Shown: positions 29,538 to 39,685, numbered from the stretch's first letter. The stretch is 64,000 bases of DNA from Candidatus Limnocylindrales bacterium (GCA_049520815.1 JBEKPL010000001.1:2847-66846), one strand, 5' to 3'. Program-made: numbers and translations. Notes: generated by a model not told the origin, from the letters alone.

Positions 29538-30596
29538 CTACCCGGAAAACACCGCCGAATTGACGGGCGCGAAGCCCGTTGCGGTCACGTGGAGATAGAA
29601 CTGCCATGGGCCATCAACGACGGTGACCGTCCCGGAGGGGAACGGGTAGCCCACCTCACCGCCGTTGATGTACCACGAGGCTGTTACGCCCGCGTAGCCC
29701 GAGAAGGCGCCCGAGTTCGTCCAGGTGCACATGTAGTTGCCGGAGCCGTCGTTGGCGCAGCTGATCGTCGGCGTCGGCAGTTTCGGAACCGGCGTCGGAG
29801 CCGGCGTCGGAGCCGGCGTCGGAGCCGGCGTCGGAGTCGGCCTGGGGGTCGGTCTGGGCGTCGGCGCACGCGTCGGTGTCGTCGTCGGCGTCGGTGTCGT
29901 CGTCAGCGTCGGTGTCGGCGTCGCGCTGGGCGACGGGGAGGCGCTCGCGCTCGGGCTTGCGGTCGGAGTCGCGCTCGGGCTTGCGGTCGGAGTCGCGAGC
30001 GGCATCTGACTCGGGCTCGCTACCGCCTGGCTGGGGGATGGCGTGGCCGCGACCACGCCCGTCTCGGGAGTCGGGCGGGATGCCGTGGCGCTTGCGAACA
30101 GCGCCCCAACCTCGAGAGCCACGAGAATCAGGGCCGTGGCGAGGGCAACCAGCCCCAGGTCGCGGCGAAGGCGACGGCTTCGTTCGGGTCCGGCCGCCAC
30201 GACCGGCCGCGGGATCTCGGGCCCGGCGGGGGCGAATGGGGGCCGCGGACGGACGGTGCCGGTCATCGCCTTGGCGACGCATGTCAGGCAGCTGCGGCGC
30301 GACGTGCTCCAGCACTCGTTGCAGACGAACTGGCGGCATTCGTGGCAGAAACGGAAGCTCTGGACGAACGACTGGTAGGCCTCGTCGTCCATCTTCGCGA
30401 GCAGCTGGCGGCGAGCGGTGTCGTAGCTGGTGCCAAGGCCTTCGTGGTAGCGGAGGGTCCGGCCGAGCCCGGTCGAGAAGGCCCGAATCCTCCCACCGAT
30501 GTTCAGCTCACGGCTGGACGGCGGCAGCACGAAGCGCGTCTTGCAGCGCTCGCACGCGTACTGGATGAGAGCGGGTGCTTCCTGAGAGGTGCTCAA
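29538..30596 (-). CDS. membrane-anchored protein: N-terminal Cys4 zinc-ribbon, one TM helix, ~100-aa Pro/Thr/Ser-rich linker, C-terminal Cys-containing ectodomain
   Basis: The CERCK…CHECRQFVCNEC segment forms a zinc ribbon. The LVALATALILVALEVGALF segment is a TM helix. The linker carries TPTPTP repeats and ends in …CANDGSGNYMCTW. Confidence 0.55.
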   Translation of the reverse strand: MSTSQEAPALIQYACERCKTRFVLPPSSRELNIGGRIRAFSTGLGRTLRYHEGLGTSYDTARRQLLAKMDDEAYQSFVQSFRFCHECRQFVCNECWSTSRRSCLTCVAKAMTGTVRPRPPFAPAGPEIPRPVVAAGPERSRRLRRDLGLVALATALILVALEVGALFASATASRPTPETGVVAATPSPSQAVASPSQMPLATPTASPSATPTASPSASASPSPSATPTPTLTTTPTPTTTPTRAPTPRPTPRPTPTPAPTPAPTPAPTPVPKLPTPTISCANDGSGNYMCTWTNSGAFSGYAGVTASWYINGGEVGYPFPSGTVTVVDGPWQFYLHVTATGFAPVNSAVFSG

Positions 30597-30897
30597 GGGG
30601 AGCCTCTACCAACAGCGATACAAAGCTCCGACAGCGCCGGGGCCATGATGTGTGACGGTCGTTCGAATGCGTCTCTGCCGCAATGGGACAGTGGTACGTG
30701 TAGTACTGCTCTGTGGACGCGCTGAGGATAGTACGTCGACTTCCTGCCGATGAACGAAGCGGCCGCTCGCGCTGAGCTGGGCAAAGGGCTCCCGAGTTGC
30801 GTTCCCATGCCTCGGCATCAAGAATGTACGGCGCCTCGATGCTGCCTATCCGCACCCGCGGCGGCTCCGGGGCAGCCGGCGGCGCGCGTGGTCGTTC

Positions 30898-31761
30898 GTG
30901 AAGGGCGGTGTCATGCTCGAGGGTGTGAGACCGGGGCTCCATTGGCGCATGGCCGGCCGGCCAGCCATCGCCGCGAACGTCGTGGCCCTGGCCGCTCTCA
31001 TGTTCTCCACGGGAGCGCCGGTCCGGGGCGCGGCAGCCCCCGTGGACGCCCCGGCCACGTGGACGTTCAACGTCTATGACCAGCGGGCGGTGCGCTGGCA
31101 GGACCCCGACCTGACGGCCTGCACCGCGGCCTCGACCGAGATGATGCTGAACATGATCTTCCTCGGCGGGGACGTCGAGGCGGGCGTCGATGCGGCCTCT
31201 CCGCGCGGCCTCTTTCCCACAGCTCTCCTGTGGCGCCCCAACACCACGTACGCCCAGCAGGAGACGATCCTGGCGTATGCGCGGGCCAACATGACGATGA
31301 GCCTGAGCTCCGCCGGTACGGACCCTCATGGATGGCGCAACGCTCTCAACTACTACGGCTGGGGCTCCATGAGCGCCGGCGTATACGAGGATTCGGCGTA
31401 TTCGTCCCTGGACGCGGCGGCGAAAGCCGTCGTCGTTTCGCTGGCCCGATACCACCGCCCGGTCGGAGTGTTGAGCCGGGCCGGCCGCCACTCGCAGATC
31501 GTCAACGGCTATACGGTCATGGGCGACGATCCGCGTGTCGGCAACGACTTCACGGTGGTCGGCGTATACGTGACCGACCCGCTCCGATCCGACGCCACGC
31601 GCAACACCTGGATGTCGTTGAGGAACTGGCAATCCGGCCCGACCGACTTGCGCTTCACGCCGTATCTTGAAACTGACTCGCCCTACGTCGACAGGATCGA
31701 CGGCCGGGTCGGCAAGACCGAGTGGTACGAGCGATGGGTCATCATCGACGCGGTGAGGTAG
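30898..31761 (+). CDS. secreted protein with peptidase C39-like (papain-fold) domain
   Basis: A signal-peptide-like AANVVALAALMFSTGAPVRGAAAP is followed by DLTACTAASTEMMLNMIF. That segment resembles the Cys-box of Peptidase_C39_2 domains. The true start may be a later Met. Confidence 0.45.
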   Translation: MKGGVMLEGVRPGLHWRMAGRPAIAANVVALAALMFSTGAPVRGAAAPVDAPATWTFNVYDQRAVRWQDPDLTACTAASTEMMLNMIFLGGDVEAGVDAASPRGLFPTALLWRPNTTYAQQETILAYARANMTMSLSSAGTDPHGWRNALNYYGWGSMSAGVYEDSAYSSLDAAAKAVVVSLARYHRPVGVLSRAGRHSQIVNGYTVMGDDPRVGNDFTVVGVYVTDPLRSDATRNTWMSLRNWQSGPTDLRFTPYLETDSPYVDRIDGRVGKTEWYERWVIIDAVR

Positions 31762-31856
31762 CGCCATGACGAGCCGGGTCTACCGCCTGAACGAAGATCC
31801 GACACCCTCGCTTCCGGAGACCGACCGGACGGCCCTGGTCGGGTTCGGGTCGTAGG

Positions 31857-32744
31857 TTGGCCGCCGCCGGCGCAACAGGACAGGGCGCGGCCACCGACCG
31901 CCTCGCGCCGGCAGGAGAGGGCCTGAACGGGCGGATCCTGATCTGGCTGGCGGTCGTTCTGCTCTGTCTCTTCGCATACGAAGGCGTGCTTCGAGCGCTG
32001 CTGCTGGGAATCGTCCGGCTGCCGCTCCTGCCAGGCGGACTGATCACCCTCACCACGATCGTCGCCATGTGCAGCCTGACCCATGCTTGGTATTCGCTCG
32101 GCGGTCGACACACGCTGGCCTTCTTCAGCCTCAGTGCCGCCATCTCATGGGTCTTCGAACAGGTGGGGGTGGCAACCGGGCTGGTCTTCGGCGCCTACCA
32201 CTACACGGACTACCTGGGCGCCAAGCTCGGTGACGTGCCGCTTCTGATACCGCTGGCCTGGTTCATGATGATCTACCCGAGCTACGTCATCGCCAACCTG
32301 GCCATCGAACGCCGTGCGACCGGAACGCCGCAGGGGGTGGCGCGACTCATCCGCCTTGCCGCCGTCAGCGCGCTGGTGATGACGGCCTGGGACCTCGTCA
32401 TCGATCCGATCCTGTCCGGGCCGTCGGTTCGAGCGTGGATCTGGGAGGCCGGTGGGCCCTACTTCGGCATCCCGATCCAGAACTACGCCGGCTGGTTGCT
32501 GACCACGTTCACGGTCTACCTGGCCTACCGGGCCCTCGAGCAACGCTTCGCTCCGGTTCCGCTGGGGCCGGTGACCGACAGCGTGGCTGCGCTCGCGGTC
32601 GCCACGTATGCGGCGATGCTGGCTTCCGATCTGCTGTCCGGCGTTGCGCCGGCCGGCCTCGCGGCCATTGGACCGGTAGTCATGGGCGTGCCGTTGGCCG
32701 TGGCCGCTTGGCGCCTGCGGCTGCTCCGGATGGCCACGTCCTGA
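31857..32744 (+). CDS. polytopic membrane protein, DUF422 (carotenoid-biosynthesis-protein-like) family
   Basis: The 295-aa protein has about 8 TM helices and WDLVIDP. Its composition is consistent with PF04240-type proteins. Confidence 0.45.
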   Translation: MAAAGATGQGAATDRLAPAGEGLNGRILIWLAVVLLCLFAYEGVLRALLLGIVRLPLLPGGLITLTTIVAMCSLTHAWYSLGGRHTLAFFSLSAAISWVFEQVGVATGLVFGAYHYTDYLGAKLGDVPLLIPLAWFMMIYPSYVIANLAIERRATGTPQGVARLIRLAAVSALVMTAWDLVIDPILSGPSVRAWIWEAGGPYFGIPIQNYAGWLLTTFTVYLAYRALEQRFAPVPLGPVTDSVAALAVATYAAMLASDLLSGVAPAGLAAIGPVVMGVPLAVAAWRLRLLRMATS

Positions 32745-32830
32745 CGATCGTGGCGAAGACCCTCGCGGAGTCCGTCGCGCCCTAGCCGGAGCCGGCCGCT
32801 CGCTGGACGTCTTCTGCGCGACCAGCGCGC

Positions 32831-33712
32831 GTGCCCCAAACTGAACGCGTGACTGCCATTCTGGGCGGCCTCGGCGCCGCCGTCATGTGGGCCACCTCCA
32901 CCCTCACCTCGTCGCGATCCAGCCGCATCATCGGCCCTTCGTCTACCGCGGCCTGGATGATGCTCATCGGCCTCGTGTGCGCCGTGCCGCTCGCAGCGGT
33001 GTCAGGACCGATGCCGGCCCTCACGCCGGCGCTGGCGGGCTGGCTTGCGGGCTCCGGGGTCGGCGGCGTGGCCGGCCTTCTGCTCACCTACAAGGGACTG
33101 CGGGTCGGCAAGGCCGGCGTCGTGTCGGCGCTCGCCTCCACCGAAGGGGCGATCGCGGCGGTGCTCGCGGTGATTGCGGGTGAGCACCTAACCATCCCGG
33201 TGATGGCGATGCTGTGCGTCATCGCCGGCGGCATAGCCACGGTGGCCCTCGCGACCGGCGACGCAGCGCAGCCCGCGGACGCGAGCAGCGGGCGCGACGA
33301 GCGACGCGCCGTCATGTTCGGCGTCGCGGCAGCCCTTTGTTTCGGAGTCACCATCTTCAGCACGGCCCAGGTAGGCAAGGTCATGACGCCCTTTGCGGCC
33401 ACACTACCGGTTCGCGTGGTGGGCGTCGCCGCCGTGTTCGTCCCGATGGCGCTGGCCGGCCGCCTTCAGATGACCAGACGCGCGGTACCCATGGTCGTTG
33501 TCATCGGAGTGGCCGAAGTCCTGGGCAACGCCGCCTTCGTGGTGGGCTCCCGGGAGAGCATCGCGATCTCGGCCGTCCTGGCCAGCCAGTTCGCTGCCCT
33601 AACCGCCGTGGCGGCGTTCATCCTCTTCCGCGAGCGCCTGTCGCCGCAGCAGCGGTTCGGCATCGTGGCGATCGTCTTGGGCGTCGCGGCCCTTACGGTC
33701 GTCCGGGGCTGA
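32831..33712 (+). CDS. EamA/DMT-family transporter
   Basis: The 293-aa protein has 10 TM helices in a duplicated 5+5 pattern. Confidence 0.65.
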   Translation: MPQTERVTAILGGLGAAVMWATSTLTSSRSSRIIGPSSTAAWMMLIGLVCAVPLAAVSGPMPALTPALAGWLAGSGVGGVAGLLLTYKGLRVGKAGVVSALASTEGAIAAVLAVIAGEHLTIPVMAMLCVIAGGIATVALATGDAAQPADASSGRDERRAVMFGVAAALCFGVTIFSTAQVGKVMTPFAATLPVRVVGVAAVFVPMALAGRLQMTRRAVPMVVVIGVAEVLGNAAFVVGSRESIAISAVLASQFAALTAVAAFILFRERLSPQQRFGIVAIVLGVAALTVVRG

Positions 33713-33733
33713 AGTCGCTCGCAGGGACGCGCC

Positions 33734-36133
33734 TCATCGCACCACGACCTCCACTCTGACCGTGGCCGTTCCGGGCGCCGGAAGAGGCACCACATCGCCT
33801 GCGACCGCCCCGCCGTCCACGACCAGCGACACCGCGTTCCCCGGGCCCTCGCGCCGGACTGAGATCTCGTAGGCCGTCCCGCGGAACTCGCGGTGAGCTT
33901 CGAAGCCCTGCCAGGAAGACGGCAGGACCGGAGCCACGCGCAGGCCGTCGTACGTGGGCCGGATACCCAGGATCCATTGAGTGGCGGCGACGTAGGCCCA
34001 TGCCGCGGTGCCGGTCAGCCAGGCGTTGCGGGCCAGGCCGAAAGAGGGATGCGCAGGGCCGCAGATGTTCTGCGCATAGACGTAGGGCTCGGCCTTGTAC
34101 ACGTCCGAGTCCCTCCGGGCCAGTGGCAGAATCTGGCGGTAGTAGCGGTAGGCATCGTCACCGTGCCCGAGCATCGCCGCCGCCACGATCGACCAGGTGT
34201 TGGCATGGCAGAAGATGCCGCCGTTCTCCTTGGCGCCCGGCACGTACGTCGACGTGCCCTGAACGCGGTCCTCTGCGCCGTCGTAGGGCGGCCACATCAG
34301 GGCGATTCCGAACTCGGTGTTGAGCCTCTCGTCCGCCGAGCTCAGAGCCAGCTCAGCCCGATCGCTCGGCGCGACCTCACCCAGGACGCACCAGCTCTGG
34401 GTGATGAGATCGATGGCGTGATGAGGCGCGCCGGCGACGCCGATCGGCAGCCCGTCGTCGTCGAAGGAGCGCACGTACCAGGCGCCGTCCCAGGCATGCT
34501 CGTTGATAGCGGACGCCATCGAGGCGTGCAGATCGGAGAAGCGGCGGGCATCGGCCGGCCGGTCGATCTTCCCGCACAGCTCGGCCAGGTCGAGCATGGC
34601 CCGGCAGAACTGCATCGCCGTCCAGACGCTCTCGGCCTTGCCCGAGCCGTGGTCCACATTGAGGGTGTCGTTCCAATCGGAGAAACCCGAGCGCGGGAGG
34701 CCATGCGGGCCGCGGTGCGCCAGCGTGAAGTCGACCGCGCGGAGCATGTGATCCCAGACCGTTTCCTCGGCGCCGTCCACGTACGGAACCTCCTGCTCCA
34801 GGTAGCCGAAGTCGCCCGTCTCGCGCAGGTAGGCACAGGCCGAAATGACCAGCCAGAGGTGATCGTCGGAGAACCACTGCGGCCATGCGGGGAACTCCGC
34901 CGCCAGGCCCGGGCCGCCCTCCAGGGTCAGCGGATAGAACTGGTGCCAGGTGTGGCCGTCGGTGAACTGCATCCTCCAGATGAGGGTCAGCATGCGGCGC
35001 ACGCGATCCGGATCGGTGTGCATCGTGCCCAGGGTGTCCTGGCCGCTGTCGCGCGTGCCCATGCCACGGCCCAGGCCGCTCTCGTAGCCGGACACGAACC
35101 GCGACCAGTACAGCGTCGTGCGGCACTGGACCTGGTTCCAGAAATTGAGCATCGCGTTGGTGTCGGCGTCCGGAGTCTGGACAGTGAAGCGCGAGAGGTA
35201 CGTGGCCCAGTCATCCCGAAGAGCGGTGAAAGCGGCGGCGACCTCGGCGGGATCCGAGTAGCGAGCCACGACGCGGTCGATCTCCGCCGGCCGTTCCGTG
35301 GCGCCCATGATGTAGACGATCTGCCGCCCCTCGCCGGGAGCGAGAACTATGTCGTGGCAGAGTGAGCCCACGCTGTTGCCACGTGGCGAGGAAGCGTTGG
35401 AGGGAGCCCCCGTTTCGACGACGATCGGATTGGCGAGATCGCGGTTGCGACCCACGAAATCCTCGCGGTCGCACGTGTAGCCGTCCGGCCGGGCGCTGCT
35501 GGCGAAGAAGTAGGTCAGCGGGTTGAACTTGGTCCCGACCCGGATCGTGCCGTCCTGGCAGTCGCTGAAGACGATGTGCTGGCCCCAGTCCAGGTTGGTC
35601 ATGTCGACGAATGCGTCGGCGAAGCTGAACTCGGCGTAGCTGAAGCTGCGCAGGTAGCGCGGCGCAGAACCCAGGTTCCGGACCTTCAGGACCCACAGCT
35701 CACACGGGGCGGGCTCGTCGTCCGGGCTCAGCGGGACGAAGTACAGAACCTCCGCCGCGATCCCCCTGTAAGTGCTCGAGATCCTCGTGTAGGCCGTGCC
35801 GTGCCGGCACTCGTAGCCTTCCAGCTCGCGTCTGACCGGCGCGGCGGTGGGGCTCCAATAGCCACCCGTCTCCTGGTCGCGCAGGTAGACGTAGCGGCCC
35901 GGCTGGTCCACCGGAATGGCGTTGTAGCGATAGCGGGTTAGGCGCCTGTTGCGCGGGTCGCGGTCGAAGGAGTAGCCGCCGCCGGTGTTGGAGACGATGC
36001 CGCCGTAGCGACCCTCGCCGACGTAGTTCAGCCACGGCGTCGGCGTATCCGGCCGGGTGACGACGTACTCACGGGCCTCTTCGTCGAAGTAGCCGTATGC
36101 GTTGGTGCCTGGCCGCGCCCGAACCTTGGCCAT
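33734..36133 (-). CDS. GH94 glycoside phosphorylase (cellobiose/chitobiose phosphorylase family)
   Basis: The ATG at 36133 gives MAKVRARPGTNAYGYFDEEAREYVVTRPDTPTPWLNYVG…, the GH94 N-terminal signature. The protein is 800 aa. It is 35 nt downstream of a paralog. Confidence 0.85.
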   Translation of the reverse strand: MAKVRARPGTNAYGYFDEEAREYVVTRPDTPTPWLNYVGEGRYGGIVSNTGGGYSFDRDPRNRRLTRYRYNAIPVDQPGRYVYLRDQETGGYWSPTAAPVRRELEGYECRHGTAYTRISSTYRGIAAEVLYFVPLSPDDEPAPCELWVLKVRNLGSAPRYLRSFSYAEFSFADAFVDMTNLDWGQHIVFSDCQDGTIRVGTKFNPLTYFFASSARPDGYTCDREDFVGRNRDLANPIVVETGAPSNASSPRGNSVGSLCHDIVLAPGEGRQIVYIMGATERPAEIDRVVARYSDPAEVAAAFTALRDDWATYLSRFTVQTPDADTNAMLNFWNQVQCRTTLYWSRFVSGYESGLGRGMGTRDSGQDTLGTMHTDPDRVRRMLTLIWRMQFTDGHTWHQFYPLTLEGGPGLAAEFPAWPQWFSDDHLWLVISACAYLRETGDFGYLEQEVPYVDGAEETVWDHMLRAVDFTLAHRGPHGLPRSGFSDWNDTLNVDHGSGKAESVWTAMQFCRAMLDLAELCGKIDRPADARRFSDLHASMASAINEHAWDGAWYVRSFDDDGLPIGVAGAPHHAIDLITQSWCVLGEVAPSDRAELALSSADERLNTEFGIALMWPPYDGAEDRVQGTSTYVPGAKENGGIFCHANTWSIVAAAMLGHGDDAYRYYRQILPLARRDSDVYKAEPYVYAQNICGPAHPSFGLARNAWLTGTAAWAYVAATQWILGIRPTYDGLRVAPVLPSSWQGFEAHREFRGTAYEISVRREGPGNAVSLVVDGGAVAGDVVPLPAPGTATVRVEVVVR

Positions 36134-36168
36134 CCGATCCTCTCTCCACTGACAACGCAGCTCGACAG

Positions 36169-38619
36169 CTACTGGACGAAGGCCTCGACCTCGAAGGACT
36201 GGCCCGGCTGCGCGGGAAGCGGAACCAGGTTGCCGGCCATCGCCTTGCCATCGACGGTCAGACGGGTCACTCGGCCGGTCGCGCCCTTCGGCTTGTGGAC
36301 GACGATGGAGTACGTGGCGCCGCGGAACCGCCGGGTTACTCTGAAGTCGCCCCAGTCCGCCGGGACCACCGGGTCGATGCGCAGGCCGTCGTGTTCGGCG
36401 CGGATGCCCAGGATCCATTGGGTAATGGCCACGAAGTTCCACGCCGCGGTGCCCGTGAGCCACGAGTTCTTTGCCTCACCGGGGGTCGGGGCATCCTTGC
36501 CTGCGATCATCTGGGCGTACACATAGGGCTCGCAGCGGTGGACCTCGGAGATCGCTTCGCGAACGGAGGGATTGATCCGCAGGTAGTAGTCGAGCGCGCC
36601 TTCGCCGTTGCCGGCTCGGGCCTCGGCGATCATCACCCACGGGTTCCCGTGACAGAAGACGCCGGCGTTTTCCTTGTAGCCCTGCGGGAACGAGGAGATC
36701 TCGCCCAGTTCCAGGTGGTAGTAGGTGTACGCGGGCTGGTTGAGGACGATGCCGTTAGGCGTCGCCAGGCGCTCGCGGACGGACGCAAGGGCCTTGCCGG
36801 CTAGGCCGTTGTCGAGGCCTATCCCGGCAACGATGCAGATGCCCTGCGGCTCGATGAAGATCTGGCCCTCGCCGCATTCCTTGGAGCCGACGACCTTGCC
36901 GAAGTAGTCGTAGGCGCGGCGGAACCAGTCCCCGTCCCAGCCGGCCGTCTCGACGATCTTCGTCATTGCCTCGGCGGCCTCGGTCGAGCGCCTGGCCTCG
37001 GTTGCATCGCCGCGCAGGCCGGCAATGGCCGCCAGCTCTCGGGCCGCGAGGACGAAGAGCCCGGCGATGAAGACGGACTCGGCGACGCCGCCTTCCTTGT
37101 TCTCCGTCGTTTGGAACGACTCGCCGGGCGTCTCCGAGAAACAGTTGAGGTTCAGGCAGTCGTTCCAATCGGCTCGGCCGATGAGCGGCAGCCCGTGCGG
37201 CCCGACGCGGTCGAGGGTGTATTGCAGCGAGCGCTGGAGGTGCTCGTAGAGATGCGCCTCCGTGCCAGGGGCGTTGTCGTAGGGCACTGGCTCGTCGAGG
37301 ATGGAGGTGTCGCCGGTTTCCTTGAGATAGGCAGCAACGGCAAGGATCAGCCACGCCGGATCGTCGTTGAAGCCGCCGCCCACGGCGTTGTTGCCGCGCT
37401 TCGTCAGCGGCTGGTACTGGTGGTACGCGCCGCCGCTGGGCAGTTGCGTCGCGGCGATGTCCAGGATGCGCTCTCGGGCGCGAGCGGGAATCATGTGGAC
37501 GAAGCCAAGCAGGTCCTGATTCGAGTCGCGGAAGCCCATGCCGCGGCCGATGCCCGACTCGAAGAGCGAGGCCGAGCGCGACAGGTTGAACGTCACCATG
37601 CACTGGTAGGCGTTCCAGATGTTGACCATTCGATCGACGTGCTCGTTGCCGGTTTCGACATGCAGGATGCCGAGCACCCGGGTCCAGTTGTCGCGCAGGT
37701 CCTGGAACGCGCTCTCCACTTCGGCCGCCTGGAGGTAGCGGGCGATGATCGGCTTGACCCTCTCCTTGTTGATCGTCTGCGAGCCGGGCGGTTCGAACTT
37801 CTGGTCCTTGGGGTTCTCCTGGTAGCCCAGGACGAAGACGACCTCGCGCGTCTCGCCGGGAGCCAGATCGAGCTTGACGTGGTGCGAGCCCATCGGCTGC
37901 CAGCCATGGGCGATGGAGTCCGTCGCCTTGCCCTGCTCCACGACGATCGGGCGGTCCCAGCCGCGGTACGGACCCAGGAACGCGTCCCGCTGGGTGTCGA
38001 ATCCGGCCAAGGGTGCGGAGCACGCGAAGAAGGCGAAATGGTCGCGTCGCTCCCGGTATTCGGTCTTGTGATAGATCACGCCGTCCTCGACCTCGACCTG
38101 GCCGACCGAGTAATTGCGCTGGAAATTGGTGGCGTCGTCGTTGGCTTCCCAGAGGCACCACTCGATCGAGCTGAAGAGCGAGAGGCTGGCAGCGTCCGGC
38201 CGGTCGTTGGTGACGCGGATCCGCCACACCTCCAGGTTCTCCCCGAGCGGCACGAAGTAGAGGGTCTCCGCCCGGATCTCCCCGTACGCGGACCCGATGA
38301 TGGAGTAGCCCAGGCCGTGGCGGCAGCTGTAGTCCTCGACATCGCGCTGTGTCGGCTGCCAGCTCGGGCTCCAGTACTCACCGGACTCGTCGTCGCGGAG
38401 GTAGACGTAACGCCCGCCCAGGTCGAGCGGGGCGTTGTTGTAGCGGTAGCGGGTCAGGCGGCGCAGGCGGGCGTCCCGGTAGAAGGAGTAGCCGCCCGCG
38501 GTGTTCGAGATGATCCCGAAGTAAGCCTCGCTGCCCAGGTAGTTGATCCAGGGCAACGGCGTATCGGGCCGGGTGATGACGTATTCGCGCCCTTCATCGT
38601 CGAAGTAACCGTAACGCAC
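36169..38619 (-). CDS. GH94 cellobiose phosphorylase-like
   Basis: The sequence MRYGYFDDEGREYVITRPDTPLPWINYLG…RFRGATY… is collinear over 816 aa with cellobiose phosphorylases. Confidence 0.9.
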   Translation of the reverse strand: MRYGYFDDEGREYVITRPDTPLPWINYLGSEAYFGIISNTAGGYSFYRDARLRRLTRYRYNNAPLDLGGRYVYLRDDESGEYWSPSWQPTQRDVEDYSCRHGLGYSIIGSAYGEIRAETLYFVPLGENLEVWRIRVTNDRPDAASLSLFSSIEWCLWEANDDATNFQRNYSVGQVEVEDGVIYHKTEYRERRDHFAFFACSAPLAGFDTQRDAFLGPYRGWDRPIVVEQGKATDSIAHGWQPMGSHHVKLDLAPGETREVVFVLGYQENPKDQKFEPPGSQTINKERVKPIIARYLQAAEVESAFQDLRDNWTRVLGILHVETGNEHVDRMVNIWNAYQCMVTFNLSRSASLFESGIGRGMGFRDSNQDLLGFVHMIPARARERILDIAATQLPSGGAYHQYQPLTKRGNNAVGGGFNDDPAWLILAVAAYLKETGDTSILDEPVPYDNAPGTEAHLYEHLQRSLQYTLDRVGPHGLPLIGRADWNDCLNLNCFSETPGESFQTTENKEGGVAESVFIAGLFVLAARELAAIAGLRGDATEARRSTEAAEAMTKIVETAGWDGDWFRRAYDYFGKVVGSKECGEGQIFIEPQGICIVAGIGLDNGLAGKALASVRERLATPNGIVLNQPAYTYYHLELGEISSFPQGYKENAGVFCHGNPWVMIAEARAGNGEGALDYYLRINPSVREAISEVHRCEPYVYAQMIAGKDAPTPGEAKNSWLTGTAAWNFVAITQWILGIRAEHDGLRIDPVVPADWGDFRVTRRFRGATYSIVVHKPKGATGRVTRLTVDGKAMAGNLVPLPAQPGQSFEVEAFVQ

Positions 38620-38719
38620 GACTCTCCTATGATTCGAACTGCGGCCCGCCGTCCTCGGCGCGCCCGTCCACCGACGTCCCGATCGTCGGAAACATCGCCT
38701 GGAGGCTCCAGAGCGTAGC

Positions 38720-39685
38720 TCAGGCGACCTGGCGAACCTTCTCGCTCTCCAGCTCGAAGCAGCCTACGAAATGGTCGTCTTCCAGCTGTACCAGCGTCGG
38801 CTCGTCGGCCGGGCGCTCCGGCATTCGGCCGGCCAGAGGATACATGTCGTGGAAGGGGCAGCCACTGATGCCGGCGACTGGCGCTCCCAGCTCCTCCTCG
38901 ATCTGCGCCCACTTCTTGTGAAGCTGCGGCACGGACGAGACGAGCAGCCGCGTGTACGGGTGGCTGGGGTGGCCGAAGACCTTGTCGGTGGCGCCCATCT
39001 CCACGACCGCGCCGCGGCGCAGGATGACTGTCTTCTCGCTTATGTAGTTCCCGAGCGACAGGTCGTGGGTGATGAAGAGAATGCCCATGCCGCGCGACTT
39101 GAGATCGGCCAGCAGGTTCAGGACGTCGATCCGGGTGGAGGCGTCGAGCATGCTGATGATCTCGTCCGCAACGAGGATCTTCAGATCCAGCAGTAGCGCC
39201 CGGGCCACCAGCAGTCGCTGCAGCTGCCCACCGCTCAGCTGGTGGGGGTACTTGTTGAGCACCTGGCCGGGATCGAGCGATACGCCGCGGAGCGCCGCCT
39301 CCAGTTTGCCGGTCCATTCTGAGGAGGGCATCCCAGAGTAGTACTCGGTGCGGATCAGTGAGAAGACCCGGTCGGCCTTGAAGATCGGGTTGTACGAGCT
39401 GAATGGGTCCTGAAACACGCCCTGGACGTGGCGGTAGTAGGACTTGACCCCACTGCCGTGGACTCGAGAGATGTCCTCGCCGTCGAGGGTGATGGTGCCG
39501 CGGCTGATATCGATGAGCTTCAGGATCATCTTGCCCACGGTCGTCTTGCCGCTACCGCTCTCACCGATAAGCGAGACGACCTCGCCGGTCATGACGTCGA
39601 AACTGACATCGCGGACCGCGAGCAGGTCCTTCCCGCCGAAGGTGCCGATCTTGTATGACTTGGAGACTCGATCGAGACTAAGCAT
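38720..39685 (-). CDS. Opp/Dpp-type ABC transporter ATP-binding protein (OppF-like)
   Basis: The Walker A motif is GESGSGKTT and the signature is LSGGQLQRL. The ORF extends to 39730, but the Met at 39685 avoids a 53-nt overlap with the upstream gene. Confidence 0.8.
   Translation of the reverse strand: MLSLDRVSKSYKIGTFGGKDLLAVRDVSFDVMTGEVVSLIGESGSGKTTVGKMILKLIDISRGTITLDGEDISRVHGSGVKSYYRHVQGVFQDPFSSYNPIFKADRVFSLIRTEYYSGMPSSEWTGKLEAALRGVSLDPGQVLNKYPHQLSGGQLQRLLVARALLLDLKILVADEIISMLDASTRIDVLNLLADLKSRGMGILFITHDLSLGNYISEKTVILRRGAVVEMGATDKVFGHPSHPYTRLLVSSVPQLHKKWAQIEEELGAPVAGISGCPFHDMYPLAGRMPERPADEPTLVQLEDDHFVGCFELESEKVRQVA

Noticed and set aside
30508-31767. 419-aa minus-strand ORF overlapping the secreted C39-like protein gene
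   Set aside because: The plus-strand ORF has a signal peptide and a papain-like Cys-box. The minus-strand translation is Arg/His/Pro-rich low complexity.
33893-38718. Long plus-strand ORFs (33893..35365, 37111..38718) and the minus-strand alternate frame 36755..38227 within the GH94 genes
   Set aside because: The GH94 frames give near-full-length collinear phosphorylase sequences. The others are antisense or frame-shifted artefacts.
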